DNA of 64,000 nt from a virus (taxonomy: Duplodnaviria > Heunggongvirae > Uroviricota > Caudoviricetes): the IMG/VR virus record IMGVR_UViG_3300008111_001118, one strand, 5' to 3'. Position numbers and translations under genes: made by a program. Within the stretch, counting starts at the first letter, position 1; each line of letters starts with the position of its first letter. Shown here piece after piece: positions 62,215 to 64,000 of this stretch. The notes beneath the pieces were generated by a model. It did not search any database. It was not told where the DNA came from and was given only the letters and a program-made list of their open reading frames with translations.

Positions 62215-63307
62215 TGTGATCCAATATCATAGCACGACCGTCACGATCACCAAAACGACCAAACACATACACAGCCGCAAACGGATCGCGGTTCTTGATC
62301 GTAGGCATCCACTCCTGTGCATAACGCTTGCGATCAAGTCCTGACGCAACAACAGTGTTCCAGTAACGATCATACTTTTCCACAGTGTTGTGCAAACGTT
62401 CTGCAAATCTGCGTTCAAAGTCACGCACACGATCTGCCTGCACTTTAGGCAACATAGGAACAACATCATCAACTTCTTCGTTGAGGATCAAGTTCACAAT
62501 GTTACGATCAAACACAATACGATCCACAGTCTTGTGAATACGCACGTACCAGTCGTTCTTGATTTTGCACATGTGACCATCTGCAAAGCGGATGATGTCG
62601 CCTTCACGACCTTCTGCACCACGCTGACGAGCAATGTAGTCAACAAGATTGCCTGCTACACTACCATACTGCGTAACAGTGTTGAACGGACAAGAGATAT
62701 CCATTGCATATTCGCCAGTCAAGTTGTCACGAGTACCAAGATACACAAGGTCTGCTGCCTCATAAGCCAGCACAATCTGGTTAAATGGGCTTACCCACTC
62801 AAACAGCGGAGTTAATCCAAGATCAACCATAGTGCGAAGCCATTCCTTCAATCTGCGGTCCTGAGCAGCAAGCCACGCCTCGGCATCCATAGCAACCGAC
62901 GTCACTCCCATTTTGGTAGCCAGTCGCAGGTGCCCATCAACCAAGATCGGACGGATCATACTACCATCCATCTTTTCCATGATTACATGAGGCTGCGACA
63001 TGTCCACAGTATGAGTTTGAGTCTCTTCACGCTCGTTCACGTTGAAGAACTTGTGGAACGGACGGCTCATAAGAGCACCATCAGGACCAAAGATAAGACC
63101 ACGGCATTCACGACGAATCGCACCGCCCAAGTCGTCTGGGCCAGTCATGTCAAAGGTATCGGCCATAGCCACCACATAGTTGACCACAGTATAGCCTTCA
63201 CGTTCGGCTACGACAAATTCGTCACGGCCTTCTACGTGCGGCAGCACATCACTGATGTGACGGATCAGAGGAAAACGGTAGTTCATGATTTTATCCTTGT
63301 GTATCAC
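62153..63307 (-). CDS. rnlA: RNA ligase 1 (T4 RnlA-like; tRNA repair)
   Basis: ECRGLIF, RPFHKFFNVNE, lysine-adenylylation motif EKMDGSMI (KxDG), NQIVLAYE and KIKNDWYVRIH blocks align in order with T4 Rnl1. Confidence 0.8.
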   Translation of the reverse strand: MIHKDKIMNYRFPLIRHISDVLPHVEGRDEFVVAEREGYTVVNYVVAMADTFDMTGPDDLGGAIRRECRGLIFGPDGALMSRPFHKFFNVNEREETQTHTVDMSQPHVIMEKMDGSMIRPILVDGHLRLATKMGVTSVAMDAEAWLAAQDRRLKEWLRTMVDLGLTPLFEWVSPFNQIVLAYEAADLVYLGTRDNLTGEYAMDISCPFNTVTQYGSVAGNLVDYIARQRGAEGREGDIIRFADGHMCKIKNDWYVRIHKTVDRIVFDRNIVNLILNEEVDDVVPMLPKVQADRVRDFERRFAERLHNTVEKYDRYWNTVVASGLDRKRYAQEWMPTIKNRDPFAAVYVFGRFGDRDGRAMILDHIEKSITTNVRWDECAAWMGM

Positions 63308-63342
63308 CTACCCTAGTGTTATAGCACAAGGATAGGCAGTTG

Positions 63343-63861
63343 TCAATCACTGATTCTGTTGCCATACATGTCGTAGCAGCGAACAGCATCGAATCCTTCG
63401 TCAACAGTAGGGCGAACAAAACTATCCATCATTGATTCAATTACATGATCAGGAATAGTTTTGCCTGGACGGCTAGCCATACGGTGCTGCCAATCTTCCC
63501 ACTGGCTATCACCCGCTGGCAAGAGGATGCACTCGCACTCAACACGATAGCCAGCGTTACGCATACGATTAATGATCTTACGACGCTTGCCAACACCAAG
63601 GTTGGTCTGATCCCAGATGACATCCTTACGAAGAGTAACTATCGAGTTCAACTTCCGTTCGTTGAACTCCGTCGCAGCCTTAATGTTTAAAGAAAACGCC
63701 TCGTTATAAGTGATGCCGTTGTCTTCAGCAACCGTATCGATATACATATCGGTGCTGTAGATCCAAGTGTCTTCAGAGATCATTCTCTGAATGAGAGTGC
63801 TCTTACCGGTAGCGGGTAGACCGACCATCACAGTACAAGTAGGCATGTTTTCTCCAATCAA
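63343..63861 (-). CDS. polynucleotide 5'-kinase (T4 Pnk kinase domain only; no phosphatase domain)
   Basis: P-loop VMVGLPATGKST, VIWDQTNLGVGKRRKI and IPDHVIESM align with the T4 Pnk kinase domain; the protein ends after about 172 aa. Confidence 0.6.
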   Translation of the reverse strand: MIGENMPTCTVMVGLPATGKSTLIQRMISEDTWIYSTDMYIDTVAEDNGITYNEAFSLNIKAATEFNERKLNSIVTLRKDVIWDQTNLGVGKRRKIINRMRNAGYRVECECILLPAGDSQWEDWQHRMASRPGKTIPDHVIESMMDSFVRPTVDEGFDAVRCYDMYGNRISD

Positions 63862-63871
63862 TACTTAAAGT

Positions 63872-64000
63872 TTCCCATCGCTTCGTTATCTTTGAAACCA
63901 GCCATATATGCTTCGATTTCATCGGATGTCATGCGATCTTCAGGAACTAATTCGCTGGTTCCAGTGCCACCAACGTAGTAGTGAGGAACACATGGACGAC
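63872..64000 (-). CDS. C-terminal fragment of a gene extending beyond the right edge (function unknown)
   Basis: Manual translation ...VPHYYVGGTGTSELVPEDRMTSDEIEAYMAGFKDNEAMGNFKY* ending at the TGA (63869-63871). Confidence 0.4.

Noticed and set aside
1-64000. CRISPR arrays, integrase/attachment sites, transposases
   Set aside because: No regularly spaced direct repeats with unique spacers, no tyrosine or serine recombinase motifs and no IS-type transposase ORFs were seen. The only tandem repeat is intragenic (fibre gene). The IR-flanked 215-bp element is reported separately as a possible MITE-like insert.

Overview
This 64-kb window looks like a contiguous stretch of a large T4-like (Straboviridae-type) lytic myovirus genome. 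GC content is low (about 40%). Almost every gene sits on the minus strand; only phoH (18924-19658) and a 95-aa zinc-finger gene are on the plus strand. Recognisable content, from left to right:
- the N-terminal two-thirds of a family-B DNA polymerase, running off the left edge;
- a block of early genes whose products carry T4-style capsid-targeting N-termini;
- a host-proteostasis module (ClpA-like unfoldase, peptide deformylase, J-domain protein, and further right a canonical ClpP);
- a lysis cassette (GH19 endolysin, i-spanin, o-spanin);
- PhoH, ThyA, DHFR, a gp44-like clamp loader, two MazG-like genes, a DexA-like exonuclease and a GroES/gp31-like co-chaperonin;
- a B12-binding-type radical SAM enzyme;
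- a long late-gene tail-fibre module: five or six fibre-like proteins with related N-terminal domains, including a 1862-aa and an 1192-aa protein, followed by an IscA/HesB-like gene;
- UvdE, a DXD glycosyltransferase, a QueD/PTPS-like enzyme, ClpP and an ATP-dependent DNA ligase;
- a 4.6-kb tRNA island (17 tRNAs plus one aberrant tRNA-like element, all on the minus strand) interleaved with a ParB-like nuclease gene and a 237-aa gene, and carrying unusually long ORF-free stretches driven by duplicated sigma70-like promoters;
- at the right end, a metallophosphoesterase, an SGNH hydrolase, T4 Rnl1-like RNA ligase and a kinase-only Pnk.
The most unusual content is non-coding: a 1.3-kb promoter-driven ORF-free region (50.9-52.2 kb) full of GCAA-tetraloop hairpin repeats, plus structured leaders and spacers around the tRNAs.
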